Positions 20,401-27,300 are shown, counted from the stretch's first letter. The stretch: 42,820 nucleotides of DNA from Kiritimatiellia bacterium (GCA_045132115.1 JBGURT010000111.1:1-42820); one strand, 5' to 3'. Translations and numbers: made by a program. Notes: generated from the sequence alone by a model not told the origin.

Positions 20401-23400
20401 TCCCTTGCCGCTTACGTAGACATGGCCCTTGCCGATACCTTCCTGGCTGGCGTAAAGCCGGGAAAGTTCATTGTTCGAGTTGCCGCCGGACGGACCAGTC
20501 GCTCTCGTTTTTACTTCCTTGGCGTCCGCCACCTTGAAGTACCAAGTACGCTCGAAGCTACCGATGCCGGAGTCCTTGTCCTTGTCGGCGACCGTGACGC
20601 GAACACGCTTCGTGCCCGGGGACGTGAAGGCGGGCGTAAAGGTTTTGCTGTCGGTGTCGGTGCAGGTTTGAGTATCAGCCGATCCGTCATCGCTCTTCCA
20701 GGTTACGGTCACACCGGCGTCAAGGTCTGCCGCAATATCGTCAATCGAGAATTCGATTGGCTCGCCGGCGCCAATCGCCGCCGCGAACGCATTCGATTCC
20801 GTATTTTCCTCGCCCAGCGAAGTAATCAGCACCGGCTCTACGTTCTGGACGGTGATGACGGTGGGGGTTGAGGTATAGAAATCGCTCCACGGAATGGTCG
20901 GAGCATGCGCAATAGTTGCATTGCCTTCAGTGATAACACTCGGGCTGATCTTCCAGCCCTTGGTGGAGGAGAGCTTGGTGCCGTCGAGCGTATCCAGATA
21001 GAAATTCGCCGTCTTGACGCCAGCAGGAATCGTGGCAACATAATATGCGATAGACGCAGGATCGGTCGTAATGGCGCCGAGCGAATCGTATGCATCGATG
21101 CCGCCCAGGATCAGGACACCCTTCTTGGCGTCAGCGGTACCCGCAGGTGCAAGGGAATCGACCACGATTTTCACCTTCTGTTCTTGAGCGTACGCTTCAG
21201 ACAGGACGATGGACATGCGCGAAGCGTTCTGCCCGACGCTCGTTTCGGCGTAATCCGTAAACCCGCTTTCGGTCGTGATCGAGACCGAAGGACTGTCGTT
21301 CACGACAAGCTTGCAGACGAACTTCTGGCCATAAGCCTTCATGTCCTTGTCTTTGGCCTGGAATGTCAAGGTCACCGTTCCCGGGGCATTGAACGTGTAC
21401 TTTATTTCGTTGGCCGCGTCGTTCGGGTTGCCGTATATTTCATCGTTGTCCGTAACCGCACCGCTGAATTCCCACTTGAGCGCGAACCGCTCATCCTTGT
21501 CCGTGGTGTCAGCATCGTCTGTCGCATCAATATCCTTGGTTACGTCATCGACCATCACCTGGAAGGTCTGCTCGATTCCCTTGGCGACAGACACCTCGAA
21601 AGTTCCGCCGGAAACTTCAACCGCGTTGCCGCCGTTTATCGTAACGCCGGTGATCGCAGGTTCCACATTTTTGGAATACAGCTTCAAAGTCTTGCTCTGA
21701 TAGCCGGTTACAATATTATTCTCGTCGTAATCCTCGGAAGTGCAAAGGACGACCTCATACTGGCAGAGAGTGCCCACGCCCATGCCGCCATCCGGGAATT
21801 CAATATAGCCCGGCTCGGATTCATACTCGCCAGATTCAATCCGCAATCCCTGCGTAGCCGCAGAAGTCGTAACCGGATAACCGGCTGAGGCTTTCTTGGT
21901 TTCATCATTCTTGGGCTTGAGGAATGCGTAAACCGTCTTATTGTAAGACTTGGTCAAAGTTACCTTGACGGGAATCGTGGCTTCGTCCGATTCATCGAAT
22001 GTCGCGCTGGTCACATAGCTGGCGCCACCGTCCGTGCTGACATAAGCCTGCATCGTCGCGGGCTCGGAGATGGATACGGAGACCTGCGCCTCGTTGCTGA
22101 CCACATCGCCGACGGGGGTTTTGACGCGGAAGGTCGTAATGTATTCTCCGGAAGCATAAAGGAGCGACGGGAGTTTGGTCGGGTCTGCCTTGCTTGCCAA
22201 AACCCCCGAAGAATTGAGCACCCAAACGTCAGCGTCTCCGGCGACAAGCGTCTCCCAATCGTTGGCTTCTTCCGTAAGCTTGTATTCGATCGTATAGCCG
22301 GTGGCGGTGTCGGTAACATTCTTGTAGTTGTCGGCGATCGTGAACGAGAAAGTACGCTCGACATTGCCGACGCCCTTGACGCTAGAAGCGGTCGTGAGCA
22401 CCGGAGCCGACGGGACGAGCTTCGCCACATGATGCGAGGGGGTGTAGTAGGTCGCGGCGGCCGCGGGGGAATCGACGGTAACTTTGAAGCGCACGCCGTT
22501 GCCGGTAGTGCTCGTATATTTGTCGGCGCCAAGACCGAAGACATAGATGTTCTTCGTGAGGGAGGTCGTACCGGCCGGGAACGTGAATTGCACCGTATCC
22601 ACATTCAAATAGCTGCCAGCCTCGTTGTCTTTGGCGATATGCACATAATCATAGATATTCAGGCCGGTCGTAGCCGTCGTATTCTGGAACTCCGGCGTCA
22701 CGGTGACGGTGACATCTTCCGTGTAGGCCTCGCTCATCGTGAGCGTCAAGGTGCCGATCGAGCTTTCGTAGTCAGTCCCGACCGTCATGGGGTCTGCGCC
22801 GGTGAGCGTAATTCTGGGCGTGAGCTTCTCGCCCACGACCATCTGTTCCGTCAAGTAGTCTTCTATCAGCAGCGAACCACTGTCGCGCGTCTGGAAACCC
22901 TTGTATTCGCTCAAATAGATGGTGGCCACCTGGCCCTCGGTACCTGCGGCCTGAACCTTGAAGGTATAAGACGATTGTCCCGAAGTAAGCTTGATGGTGC
23001 CGACACTGGCCGTAATCGTGCTTGCGAGATTGACAGGGTTGGCCATCTCAACCGCATCGTCGCCAGCAGCAACCATGACGTCATTTCCGGAAATGATCTT
23101 GATCGCGGCATCGTTATCCGACCAAATATAGAGTTTGGAGGATACGGACGGCGAACCGGTCACTTCAATCGTGAGCGTAGAGTCGCTTGTCGTGGAGTTT
23201 TCATGCACGAGAGCCCAATAGGTATTGCCGCCATAGGTCGTGCTCTGATTGGCAAAGTCCACAGTCTTGACGAGGAACTGGCTCAGGTACATGTCGTAGT
23301 TGCTCGTGCGCGACGGGAACCATTGATCTTGAGCTCCAGTAGTATCTGAAGCAAACATCAGCTGGGCCTCGACCGATTCATCTGCAGTAGAAACGATTTT

Positions 23401-23937
23401 CCATCCCTGCGAGGTGGAGGAATCGTAACCGTTTACAAAATAAATCGCATCGCCACCGTCGACAGGCTCGCCGGCGCCATTCTTGGCAAGGCGGACCGGG
23501 AGAGCGATATCGCCTTCTTTTACGGTATACTTGCAGATGATGTCGGTATAATAAGTATAGCCGGCAGAACCAGGACGAATATCAACGATTTGAGCGCTTT
23601 CGGTCCTTCCGTTTACGACTATGCCTATGCCGGCAGGTCTTGCGGCAACCGCGGTGCTCTCGCTGTAAATCCCAGTAGCATCATACCACTTCCACTTCCA
23701 GTAGGTGGTCGAATTGATGCGATTTACCGCAAAGTCGGGGTTCAAAAGACGCACCGCAAAATAGAACGTCTCGCCGCCGACGAGCGCCTCGGCTTGCGAC
23801 GTAACATAAGGTTCAGCCCCCGCGGTCTGCGTCTCATTATCCCAGGCGCGGATTTCATAGATCGAAGGGATAGTCGTCGCCGATGCGATTCCCGCGAACG
23901 CCGCCGCCAATACCGAGGTAAGGAATTTCATTTTCAT
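5440..23937 (-). CDS. Giant secreted multidomain protein, 6,165 aa, function unknown. It contains PKD-like, TSP3-like DxDxDG and LamG-like elements plus repeated novel modules.
   Basis: The ORF is uninterrupted for 18.5 kb. An SD (AGGAAAA) lies 6 nt before the ATG, and the product starts with a signal peptide (MKMKFLTSVLAAAFAGIASA/TT). The composition is rich in T, D, G, Y and N, with no internal TM segment. Recognisable motif classes are listed as sub-features below. Confidence 0.9.
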   Translation of the reverse strand: MKMKFLTSVLAAAFAGIASATTIPSIYEIRAWDNETQTAGAEPYVTSQAEALVGGETFYFAVRLLNPDFAVNRINSTTYWKWKWYDATGIYSESTAVAARPAGIGIVVNGRTESAQIVDIRPGSAGYTYYTDIICKYTVKEGDIALPVRLAKNGAGEPVDGGDAIYFVNGYDSSTSQGWKIVSTADESVEAQLMFASDTTGAQDQWFPSRTSNYDMYLSQFLVKTVDFANQSTTYGGNTYWALVHENSTTSDSTLTIEVTGSPSVSSKLYIWSDNDAAIKIISGNDVMVAAGDDAVEMANPVNLASTITASVGTIKLTSGQSSYTFKVQAAGTEGQVATIYLSEYKGFQTRDSGSLLIEDYLTEQMVVGEKLTPRITLTGADPMTVGTDYESSIGTLTLTMSEAYTEDVTVTVTPEFQNTTATTGLNIYDYVHIAKDNEAGSYLNVDTVQFTFPAGTTSLTKNIYVFGLGADKYTSTTGNGVRFKVTVDSPAAAATYYTPSHHVAKLVPSAPVLTTASSVKGVGNVERTFSFTIADNYKNVTDTATGYTIEYKLTEEANDWETLVAGDADVWVLNSSGVLASKADPTKLPSLLYASGEYITTFRVKTPVGDVVSNEAQVSVSISEPATMQAYVSTDGGASYVTSATFDESDEATIPVKVTLTKSYNKTVYAFLKPKNDETKKASAGYPVTTSAATQGLRIESGEYESEPGYIEFPDGGMGVGTLCQYEVVLCTSEDYDENNIVTGYQSKTLKLYSKNVEPAITGVTINGGNAVEVSGGTFEVSVAKGIEQTFQVMVDDVTKDIDATDDADTTDKDERFALKWEFSGAVTDNDEIYGNPNDAANEIKYTFNAPGTVTLTFQAKDKDMKAYGQKFVCKLVVNDSPSVSITTESGFTDYAETSVGQNASRMSIVLSEAYAQEQKVKIVVDSLAPAGTADAKKGVLILGGIDAYDSLGAITTDPASIAYYVATIPAGVKTANFYLDTLDGTKLSSTKGWKISPSVITEGNATIAHAPTIPWSDFYTSTPTVITVQNVEPVLITSLGEENTESNAFAAAIGAGEPIEFSIDDIAADLDAGVTVTWKSDDGSADTQTCTDTDSKTFTPAFTSPGTKRVRVTVADKDKDSGIGSFERTWYFKVADAKEVKTRATGPSGGNSNNELSRLYASQEGIGKGHVYVSGKGVLPASAESFNITWNCGTLNSVSLYAFGYQSGAKDDGNLDRKRDWAIDKSGSRESSTTVISDPYEYKSMYDSFFYGWISASEPGGSDYSIRVAPVIGTNTAEVADFILPTAKTDDGNGYVPTFIEAIFSAEYDQFDNMGDIDHDGIPDIFAIKTYANNATLAKTDGAGGELGAVNARNDDNDFLPSTSQLGRSTIVPGSSNSWATAGQAFTAFREIRGLGDGLNYGMFRAYHTGAMARSESEAGWISTLSLTDNEKRSLMRLVLETRDNILNRRYTGRAGTYDGTDWIAVTNILASVIRSGSTAMNPVIQTCYVYDQDAHWECDVEDENYPGITVNRWIVHYDDGTPEGAFVTNILRGASSLYSKSNTVTHAITELGDMNPADTITLDDINFGEWLDGNLLVAGLTGRQQQAAKHFIDLTWRHYAEAGTWGWTCENRTDPMIDDTDGDGMPDGYEYFIWYDAVVGTEGKNRLTGYKFNLDDIESREDIITPETIAGIYNPNINRTWTHQDTDNDGIYDLEEFLIGTSPVHWDSDGDGLSDLYEVIYNVNPLSGGQYQNGAMNLDGDFMAFVHDSHKADGSFADPENLKLPDFAPYTYVYEASDGTYWMLSNSEEATFVEAAWIDPTTNTVKVAGDGFQVFKFKDGWILPTEDTADFINRSGNVAAREFDAVVASGIATNTVSLYHHQVHNYFGFDPRTGWYVGENGTLSSTGRWIGQGIYRAGLPQNTAQFTALDEYLLLKYRYITGVRDIKDDKQKLKDNKITIYGIVQGGTTNPNAAFADLKWGSDTTVFAQRQHGADTDGDGVPDGWELYIGVNPNIDFTIRGDGRDVRYWDGNGIWPAIGENADYEDGLTLVGEYAGNDTCGDYEACPSIYANFPGNKGSMIRGWFNKFFPTDPRNPDTDGDLIKDGLEGAAWNGVYTFNRWGSTQLRTASVKHYSIYGNPTNYSSRCIRGGGYNPCTIDTDLDGLPDPWERQFAGLLFRGAEIPMDGDFENEEYDGTYRVFEVSVPNETFYDDIRAEITAVMGSNLDDWEGVYHVMMGMDGTVADAHSGTYIGAEDVDWDGDGLQNWQEYMVQAMRQFRYDDDKTPLIGSDSPLVSLIGGSGSGSGTITLPRYTVTPGAWCAEGEDGNNRFLKMSYTWPYTKAQLEYVRDELGYKNFADWALECIDNGVDYLGQLGYFADPPKTWDHARIDYDNKYMLPREAVQVYTRYTYSYTSHEWATDEDGNAIFSYPGGGLFTNNVSGTVKETSSGGYSAMIDGKSKKLTRVSTDVDHVEKRLSSLNHETSKVGGVPLYYGTDPRLWDTDDDGMDDYYELFHGLNPILGEVSMSSGTVSSKDVIGRACRLVTPWNNAWTGWDDSAEPGYDPIKFPWMMGVAACDADGDGIRNYEECLLANVTSPGATHTDPTPLWMTDSTVDTISEYIYTSEEEVDEDGEPVWDSNDDGATWFTVTNKVVNYDEDRVEFVTKPSYTALYYGNDISANSKSHYVNGERIATSFPVNMYASDGGWGSGAYDYIASFEENEGYDTDNDWRSDSIEQSGGVEGVEGTSDPQNFADPSRRQSIWFGGPEKPGLAMTVTPNKRHAHGIDLFKQFTVEAWVRPENASAAGDKYVVTRAVNYQGWDLINSNNVVRLNFAIGIDAEGRAFGEMQDSTEVFCRVEGTELVDNKWAHIAATFDGTTLTIYVNGVKCSSTETTLIPANGVEDIKLDPQHLMGEAAEYKAMYAATVIGGRPTDKDIFYAGSNPGQEEIAELATDFLKGSVAEVRIWDGARTASQVESTYKTRFTPEFAAAQRLEVFEAYYNGARRNDQTASRILPAELLHHYDFTTLPGATDAAYVQKVPAGFAANVLAVVRRPDTGETVDDLVEIGWWAKLADSPLASEVYNSRHVVPWIEDTMAHLPRLDGTVKDSVYWSENYAGYTPATDHYGIDQYAFNNTMDPYGNVTYAGQSGTWSYEDEYLWNKFARINNQTNAAINATTAGLTSTLTNDTVFTRFMYRYLRSFRENSDLVPVGSAFAKRQADYWDGQGPEDAWAITTKDGALDGDAGDTGTPDWARPDYSDPEKYAFWLSMGLMPDGTTNPAYVSTVDANLNGIPDWWERYYGVEDCAPTDDPDHDGLTNYQEWLISYGPSPYGYYLRSVVDYAFDPLKARSKGDAVVDYFLAPPVSSAVDAEHVRESEYLGEMVGDHDSMESWWEVLYGLSYANPNVYDPHLDTDGDSWDNFAEARSYAWHGGMNASAVDGYYAGTGSNHYEAHPMPAIGVRATYYGVQDINGASLVVRTSTANKKRVDATFVVKGSNSDDDMQATHMLGTFVNGATAHGILHPGHIIPGSDIKFQSRRIDAEPRYIWDCALSNHVGDESFVERLVSGGFRFIGTYSQYLAHVAAHGIEAEKVVSVSQTYDIFAQTSSDADGHYGLIHLSSSNLTATVVGQIDFTTGEYELDFGAITDAGVDLDHHVIRATYYYHVADRWPKTLWLSDASVAGGSGFLRQGKNTIEAFIDLNENGAYDIGEPYGYVRDVEVGWHKTGKPVVIELTDDSPVFKRIATASGDEGAGNEENTDAATVEEGLTTDVVVRRTEINGQKSTLRIVMKKTVVNDDRAYITEADAIPGAAYDLDLAWLVKDAVKMGLATNEIISATYEIVVNDEVKDTFTREFYQTRAIAKQISPLDTAPVYSAHPTFVFNTEDQTMTAYKLQISTSKNESDTVWESPVEMLPGRTPASLGDPSAFAVQPDVYVGFANPTNGATILKNGANYYWRVALLNAKWASIDDSAWSDWCEFTIDVENALTHPKTTTGYGKAAAVVRYFGPGEVGIADPTNIIVEAFATADFTGLPLARVRMDSTVEDLKVRSSIETNNVAIAGIEAGKVFLRAFIDSNNNGTLEPWESWGYGNNIGRATDFLYTPRAVEVPDSLSVTNSIAIFIEDTDYNQNEIPDILELDCFATQSGSAAAADKDTDLDGLKDAEETELGTIADNWDSDGDGMPDGWEIKFAQTDPLTRDADYVGERDVMAYVVTNLSVAVTAEGKQYVIKPGETGKYYTTFMYNGALAMGAPAEGIVAASVKEVPVTVIHGGVYDIFGFDPTTANPNAIVVSEGNTVYGVNTKEFTALDKYLVVKYLQEFGLANEVEMNTNGTWSASTYRPGFYDSNANGLPDGWELYMGFASANTSKAFPVDTTTIQQGFADTVEAAYDPYDDYYLYKKAVAEGLFVGDLALVPEYKNAEAVAGGYADGTEETLRAYWLAVPENDVMAYWKGVLHTVDIGGVTYVANPSNKVLYTTTEVNGQLIVTGSSTKDYTVDAYDTGVAADVVLIHSAVYDFFGFDPTTAKPGVATVTEGEDGAETTIVQGANTVPFTMIWKKITLASYESAGTDYAALGADVTDSNGNQVADGYELYIRYVNAASKADATIDYVDAVAQDSVKSGYDPYDDYYLYKKAVAEGAYGTETLEAVPEYDNAFAMAMGIAGATVEELDEFWNGVTEEDWCAYVKTNVQIMVVTDQTTGAKTSYAVRPGTQDLYTTFMVGDELFVGVPTTVTLSQGEFQSYITAEATIIHSAVYDWYGWDVTTARPKFFVPDSIEAAVEDTGSEDDSEVAASAAGNNTVAFTRRLKYITDKMYLPLVGAETEYDLTSWYTDTNGNDLPDGWELYVKYSVNSDPAATDDDYKEDFYNGADPNDDDTDDDGINDDDEIDLGTDPADPTDASRYVAGDVMAYAEQSGYVYTVVNDETGETGYVAELTGEGLETGDTLDVERKYLTVYRYGTDTDFVWGAGTDDMTAFGDLSKWRVTGVENNATIAFVHAQVYDLYGFNPNTANPVADPSVNTKEFTNLDKALVKKYFAAIGLTDASSAILKAGTNDTNLDGIPDGWELYTMFGPAGVSAARGTATTDWQISPWITAADARDKSRTVGGELTLVDEYDRGSNPTDPWQVDTDDDGISDAIALRYMIKGSDGLDDYDNDGLSNYAEYLLSEVFDVDGKKFDARNAYSANTYCLDYFYKIGKLYVGEIFTDHDQVEDSWEDQYASDYATRLKYDAGTDADDDGWSMRSEARYSQMVQPIIGSRKSHVNTVEDTVIDHPVPTLALTVSYNEADIHDVEDSKLLVYVTRNGSNAEFDAKFIVDGGTNSTSTAATSNAYAKVLGKWENRHAVGTLTPGNVKAKSIVIEDAYTPDNTLFSWRLSYVDSDGETQYVYRTGTKAEYLEDYYNYGKDTVDIVKPDSEYHPLSTMSIRTDGDIATVYMNDALTIEFGTINLVTGEYDFDFGALAGKSIWSVSDTNAKTPAEAHTYRVVYDVNPSADLPRTVYLGEATKGAIKEGKSQVIAILDTDGDGLYTPGEPMGVACDVDIGWKGGAAAIQLTRTSPVSVRADLVTGDNDREATWGKWSENLDEDTYEEAGSFGRFVRVRVVRSYYNGRAYTANDTTKVVDDRVVNISGELGKFIHEGWFMGNGKFDIDWDLAADTEGIVDENSDDIDIRDVVYRIVFGNGDIEKVTTASLSNTVSVARYSFIRAFDPAGMRSVAVAVEPTEQAGYRVTDARPTFRWTMTKRAGTYTAFRIVVTGEGFSYNSGFQQMPLENAEGEYVWTAPICVGDKIDGEHGYGVYANNKEYTWTVYGYNSKYKTDENGGSGKFLLNVAENNIAMRTQGVKVRYFGPVAADAATIRVQAFTKPDFTGEPVAAGYVTGLATLGDAGEVPDNATIVGIEPGTYYFRAFIDSNDNGVCDDWESMGYLCARGLIGAVPFNPTGVKYSAGVLGEGDSIEIYIEDADTNGNSLPDAYEYAQASDAQKADGSWRTNTPLDAITTDSEGIGFIYSTDLATLAAGGAGTATSGMAPVLLAAAPAAGSGASTVAMASQVVSTLSNPKIAALTFGYDTIEEAKAAAETIADSSVIAITSLDIDTVAKSVKIGYTSEVETLTAGSSASAFYVVEGGTVSFDVKVLYKANLGDADWTVAEVKDTVEVGTSSGVIEYPLPAAATNAQFFKIEITH
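6065..8295 (-). repeat. Super-repeat B (~743 aa) of the giant protein, paralogous to 11575..13760
   Basis: It carries, in the same order as super-repeat A, the landmarks DADDDGWSMRSEARYS, HPVPTLALTVSY, IAILDTDGDGLYTPGEPMGVACDVDIGW, RPTFRW, VKVRYFGP, RAFIDSNDNGVCDDWESMGY and IYIEDADTNGNSLPD. Confidence 0.6.
10076..10126 (-). repeat. 51-nt perfect direct repeat, copy 1 (encodes YDPYDDYYLYKKAVAEG)
   Basis: I aligned ccctccgcaaccgccttcttgtagagatagtagtcgtcgtacggatcgtag base by base against 10775..10825. The two copies are identical, and the flanking bases differ. Confidence 0.95.
10775..10825 (-). repeat. 51-nt perfect direct repeat, copy 2 (offset 699 nt, in frame, 233 codons)
   Basis: The string is the same as at 10076..10126. 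Confidence 0.95.
11575..13760 (-). repeat. Super-repeat A (~730 aa) of the giant protein, paralogous to 6065..8295
   Basis: It shares an ordered set of landmarks with super-repeat B. These are D.DGDSW..FAEARSY, P.P..(G/A)(V/L).(A/V).Y, EAFIDLNENGAYDIGEPYGYVRDVEVGW, a P(T)F.(F/W) Fn3-like block, VRYFGP and RAFIDSNNNGTLEPWESWGY, ending in IFIEDTDYNQNEIPD. Bounds are approximate. Confidence 0.6.
15030..15650 (-). other. LamG / concanavalin-A-like jelly-roll domain (about aa 2765-2970 of the giant protein)
   Basis: The segment FTVEAWVRPENASAAGDKYVVTRAV ... NKWAHIAATFDGTTLTIYVNGV ... GSVAEVRIWDGARTASQVE follows the typical Laminin_G_3 pattern (FT.E.WV ... W.H.A.T.DG..L.LYVDG ... DEVRIW..ARS). Confidence 0.6.
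15781..19080 (-). other. Region dense in thrombospondin-type-3-like calcium-binding motifs (DxDxDGxxDxxE)
   Basis: Examples are DDTDGDGMPDGYEY (19041-19080), DTDNDGIYDLEE and DSDGDGLSDLYE (about 18770-18890), and DTDGDGVPDGWELY (about 17950-18010). Others are DTDGDLIKDGLE, DTDLDGLPDPWE, DWDGDGLQNWQEY, DTDDDGMDDYYE, DADGDGIRNYEE and DTDNDWRSD (15781-15822). Confidence 0.65.
20525..21560 (-). other. Two PKD-like Ig-fold domains inside the giant protein (approximate bounds)
   Basis: The segments YTFNAPGTVTLTFQAKDKDMKAYG (about 21300-21400) and FTSPGTKRVRVTVADKDKDSGIGS (about 20540-20640) match the PKD pattern Y.F..PG.Y.V.L.V.D..G. Confidence 0.45.
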
Positions 23938-23949
23938 GGTGCTTTTCCT

Positions 23950-24342
23950 TTACTTAGAGATTCTCTGTCTGATCATTTCCCGCGAACGGGCCGCCTGTGC
24001 TTCGATCGCCGCGTTGGCGTTCTCGCACTGCTTGTACAAATCGTTCCAAACCGGATTTTTCTCGAGCTCGGCCTTGATCGCTTCGTCGGTCGCGCCGGGC
24101 ATCTGCGCCTTCATGTCGTCAATCATCTTCTCCATTTCCGCGACAACCATGGCGCGTCCGCGCATGAGATTGCCGCGCTCGGCGATGGCGGCATCGATCT
24201 GCGCACGATATACGGGGTCTTCAAGACGGTTCTCGACCCCGGAACCCTGCGGCTCCTGCTCTTCATCGCGGCTGCAACCGGTCCATACGGCCGCGCAAAC
24301 CGCCGCCGCCAAACAAAATCCCGTTATTCTCTTCATCGTCAT
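23950..24342 (-). CDS. Small predicted lipoprotein, 130 aa, helical, function unknown
   Basis: I start it at MTMKRITGFCLAAAVCAAVWTGC. It has a signal peptide and a lipobox-like WTGC, followed by a charged, helix-prone sequence. The ATG at 24340-24342 overlaps the TGA (24339-24341) of the upstream 2.4k-aa gene as ATGA. Its stop lies 12 nt before the giant gene ATG. The 158-aa track ORF is an upstream extension. Confidence 0.7.
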   Translation of the reverse strand: MTMKRITGFCLAAAVCAAVWTGCSRDEEQEPQGSGVENRLEDPVYRAQIDAAIAERGNLMRGRAMVVAEMEKMIDDMKAQMPGATDEAIKAELEKNPVWNDLYKQCENANAAIEAQAARSREMIRQRISK

Positions 24343-27300
24343 GGAGTAGGTTCTTCGTAGTATATGTAGTTTTTCGGTTTCAAGACAGAAGGCGCCTGCG
24401 GACGCATATTCCCGTCGATTCTCCAACGGTAGAACATGGAGTTGGACAAATTCCAGAATTCATCCCAGCCTTCGTAGGCGCCAGGCGTGCCCTGCAGACG
24501 CTGGTCTGGGATATCGATAACCGAGCAATGGGCGGCATCGAACGAGGTGGATTCGCGCCCGTTGCCGCTAAAGACAAACCACCTTACCGGGATGAACCCG
24601 ACATTGAACTTGTAGCCGTTGTTGATCATGGCGGTTACCTTGAAGGTCACGCTGGTCCAGGCACCGCCGGAGAGATCCTGGGAGTTGGAGCCGGGTTCAA
24701 GGCCGCGCAAGACATACGGCGACCAGATTTCCGCAGCGTCATTTTCGTTGGTGACGGCCATGTAAATCGTTATCAAGGCATTTTCGGCGTTGCGCGTGAT
24801 GGAGGGGCCGTCGGCGGTGACTTTTTCGGTCACGCTCTTGTTGTATCGCGTCAGATCCTTCATGCCGGCGGTGAGATGAAGGCCGCCAACGGTCGGGTCC
24901 ATATCAAACCAATACATCGTAGTGACATCGAGATTCGTGTGGAAATTGCCATTGTAGGAGTGGAACTTCGCGAGGCGGATCTCGCCGTCGGAGTTGGCGA
25001 AGGACGACCCGTCGAGACGCTTGCCGGCTACCAGCCAGTCGAGAACCGCAGGCGTGTAGGCATTGTTTTCCGTAAGGCCGTAGCCGCCGTCTTCGATACT
25101 CTTCGTGAGTTCGCTCCAAGGCCGTGCCGAGGCCACCACATAGACCGCATTGCTCACGCCTTTGCCCACGTTGATCTCCACCGTGCCCTGCCTGCCGGAG
25201 GCTTCTGCAAGCGCAACGGTATTGGTCGTCACGGAATCGATTTCAAAGTAGTTGCCCACCTTGTAGGTGATGTTGGTGCCGAATTCGGAGCCCTTTTGCA
25301 CGAGCACCATGACCGTATCCGTCGTTTCGGTCGCATCTCCCACAGTCTGCTTGAGGTAAGCAGCGGAATCAGGGTCGATCTCGCAATAGATTATCACCGA
25401 AGCACCGGACGGCGTGGGCGGATCGCCCGGCAAAACCTGCCCCGCGTTGATGCTACCCGGGGTCTTCACGATTTCCTTGCTCCAGTTCTCCTCCACCGAG
25501 CCGTTGGAATTCGTGACCGAAAGCGAATTCAACTTGTTGCCGTTGTCGTAACCGACCGAGAACCATTTCGTGCCGTAAATGCCCTGGTTTTCCGCATCCT
25601 CAGTGAGTTTACGGACCATATTGGTGGTGGAATATTCCCACGCAATCGCAGACGGCGTTCCGCTCCGGCGCGCAATCGCCTCGTAGCCGTCGGTGCCGCC
25701 CAGGACGACCTGCTCTTCTATCACGTCGGAAGCGCGAACAAGCTGGATCGCAACCGGATTGAACTCGCCATTGTAGGTGCCGTCTTTGCTGAAGGTGAAA
25801 TCGCCATCGCTCGGCGCCGTCCATTTCCAGATGCCGTCGCGCTCGCCGGCCGATTCGTTTAGCGACGCAAGGGAACGCGGAGAGGCGACATTGAGGAACG
25901 CAAAGCCTTGGGTGATGTTCTTCGTCTTGCTCGCCTTGGCGTAGCCGCTGCCGATAGCGCCGTCGTCGTCCGTAAATCTCACAATCGTATTCGTATGGCC
26001 CTGGAGCGTAATGACATCAAGGTGCCACCCCTCGATGCTCTGGGCGGCGGGAATCGCGACTTCAATATACTGGTTCGTCTGATCGATATTGACAACGCTG
26101 TCTACAGTGTCCTCGCCGTAGGCGTTCACTTCATTGATCCAAGCCCAGCCCGGGGCGATGGCGTCGAGAATCGTGTACGCAGACTTGCCGTTCATGCCGG
26201 CGAACTTCTTGTTGTAGTCTACGCCCAAATACCACTCCGGCTTCACCCACTCGCCGGAAACATTGAGGAACTGCTCGTCCACCGGCGTCTCGGAATCCTT
26301 GAGATAGTAGGTGACAGAGAGCATATACTGGACGATTTCCAAGCTCTTCGTCGTGGCTGCAAAAATCGAGGACGGATTTTCCTTGAACGAGCTGCGGAAG
26401 ATGTACTCGCCTTCGGCGCAGTCTTCGCATTTGACCAGCTCTTTGACCCCGGCAGGCGCTGCCGCCCAGTTTTCGTAGCCCCATGGCATCTGGTCGTTCA
26501 GGTAATAAACGCGGACGGTAATGCCCCTGTCGAAGTCGATTTCTTCCGAGAGAGCGGTGGCGTAGACTTCCGCTTGGATGCCCCAATCTTCGCCTGCGAG
26601 CGGCTGCTCGCTTTCGCGGTCGGCATAGTCGAGCTGGTCGAGCGTGTCCAGACCGCTGCGGAAGGCCATGATATTCTTGAAGCCGAGTCTCGGGACGATC
26701 GTTTCGGCGATGGAGACGTTGTCGATCACGACACGTACGACATTGTCGGGGACCTCGCCGCCGTTCATCCCGTTCGCGCCGGGAACGCCAATGACCGCAA
26801 GGCGGTAGGCGCGGTAGCTGCTGCCGGTGGTGCGGTAGGTGAAGTTGGTGAAGACGTCGCACCCGACATCGAAGTGCGTTACATACCGCCACATGGAATC
26901 GTTGGCGTTGGCGTCGGTCGCGCCATAGACGGTGACGCGCGCGGTGACATCCGGCGAATTATCGTAGCGCCGCGCCTTGAACGAAAGTTCGCCAACGGTC
27001 GGGGTGCCGTCGCCGGTGTCGACGAACGTAGGCGTCTGCAGGAACGGCAGATGCTGTGGATATTCGTCAAGATCTTCTGCCGCTACATTCTCCGTGACGG
27101 AGTTGTTGAGCGCGACCGACTGGCCGAAGTCCTCGAGGTTCACGGTCGAGCCGTCGGCCAAGTACTGGAGATAGCAGTCGTCACGCTCGTGTAGGAAGCC
27201 GCCCGTCCTGAGGTTCCAGCCCCACCACGCCGCAGTCGAGACCTCCGGGTCGTCGCGGAAGAGAATCTGGGTGATGAAGATGCTGCCATAGACGCCATTC

